From Squalus acanthias (Eukaryota), in NCBI GenBank assembly GCA_030390025.1, contig JASTWF010000363.1, positions 372,001 to 436,000 of the forward strand: a stretch of 64,000 nucleotides of DNA, given 5' to 3'. A program made the position numbers and the translations under genes. Under the pieces are notes generated by a model. It was not told the origin of the DNA. It did no database searches and worked only from the letters and a program-made list of their open reading frames with translations. This document shows positions 63,643-64,000 of this stretch, in pieces; the first letter of the stretch is position 1, and each line of letters begins with the position of its first letter.

Positions 63643-64000
63643 CTGTTGACAGAAAATGCAGAGAAGTGGGAAAATAACAAAACCGTTCACAATAAAAGTA
63701 TCTGCCACACTACCATACGTGATACTATCAAAATCCAACGTCCTTCATGCCTTTTCTTCCAGCCCTGCTTGACCTACACCCTCTGTCAAGCAATGACAAT
63801 TGTTAAAACCCCATTTTGGGGCCTCGATTCCAATGATTCGATGTTAACCCATATTGGTAGCAGTGATTAAACTTTATTCAGCACAAGCAAGGATCAATAC
63901 AATTATTGTATCTTAAGCAGCAGTTTACACGGTATAATTAATATAGTTATACTACCCCGTTATGCCTTGGGTAAAAGTCGCGGCGAGATGTCTGCACCCT

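Noticed and set aside
1..64000. CRISPR arrays, operons or prokaryotic RT systems; many short ORFs as genes
   Set aside because: Spliced vertebrate genes and eukaryotic repeats throughout; the RT ORFs are LINE fragments and the short ORFs are their shadows or chance frames.

Overview
Vertebrate genomic DNA, very probably from a shark or other elasmobranch (inferred from a DeuSINE/SacSINE1-like SINE and the repeat complement). Two genes face each other tail-to-tail, as in human 22q11: intronless TMEM121B/CECR6 (+, 23656-24813) and the last seven coding exons of IL17RA (-, 63642 down to 38963), which I assembled in frame from GT-AG junctions. The rest is mostly transposon-derived: CR1, L2, a second APE-RT LINE family, an RTE, SINEs, about 153-bp hAT MITEs and GGCC-ended, probably Harbinger-related elements. 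Main leads: (1) Penelope-like elements leave short TSD-flanked fold-back insertions with a 34-41-nt unpaired tail; two of the three clear ones carry minimal hammerhead ribozymes on both strands. (2) A locally duplicated LINE plus flank forms a roughly 2.7-kb inverted repeat that brackets exactly the frame-symmetric stalk and transmembrane exons of IL17RA, a possible switch to a soluble receptor or circRNA. (3) A CR1 subfamily has a duplicated 3' stem-loop module. No searches were run; family names rest on motif recognition and most repeat boundaries are approximate.
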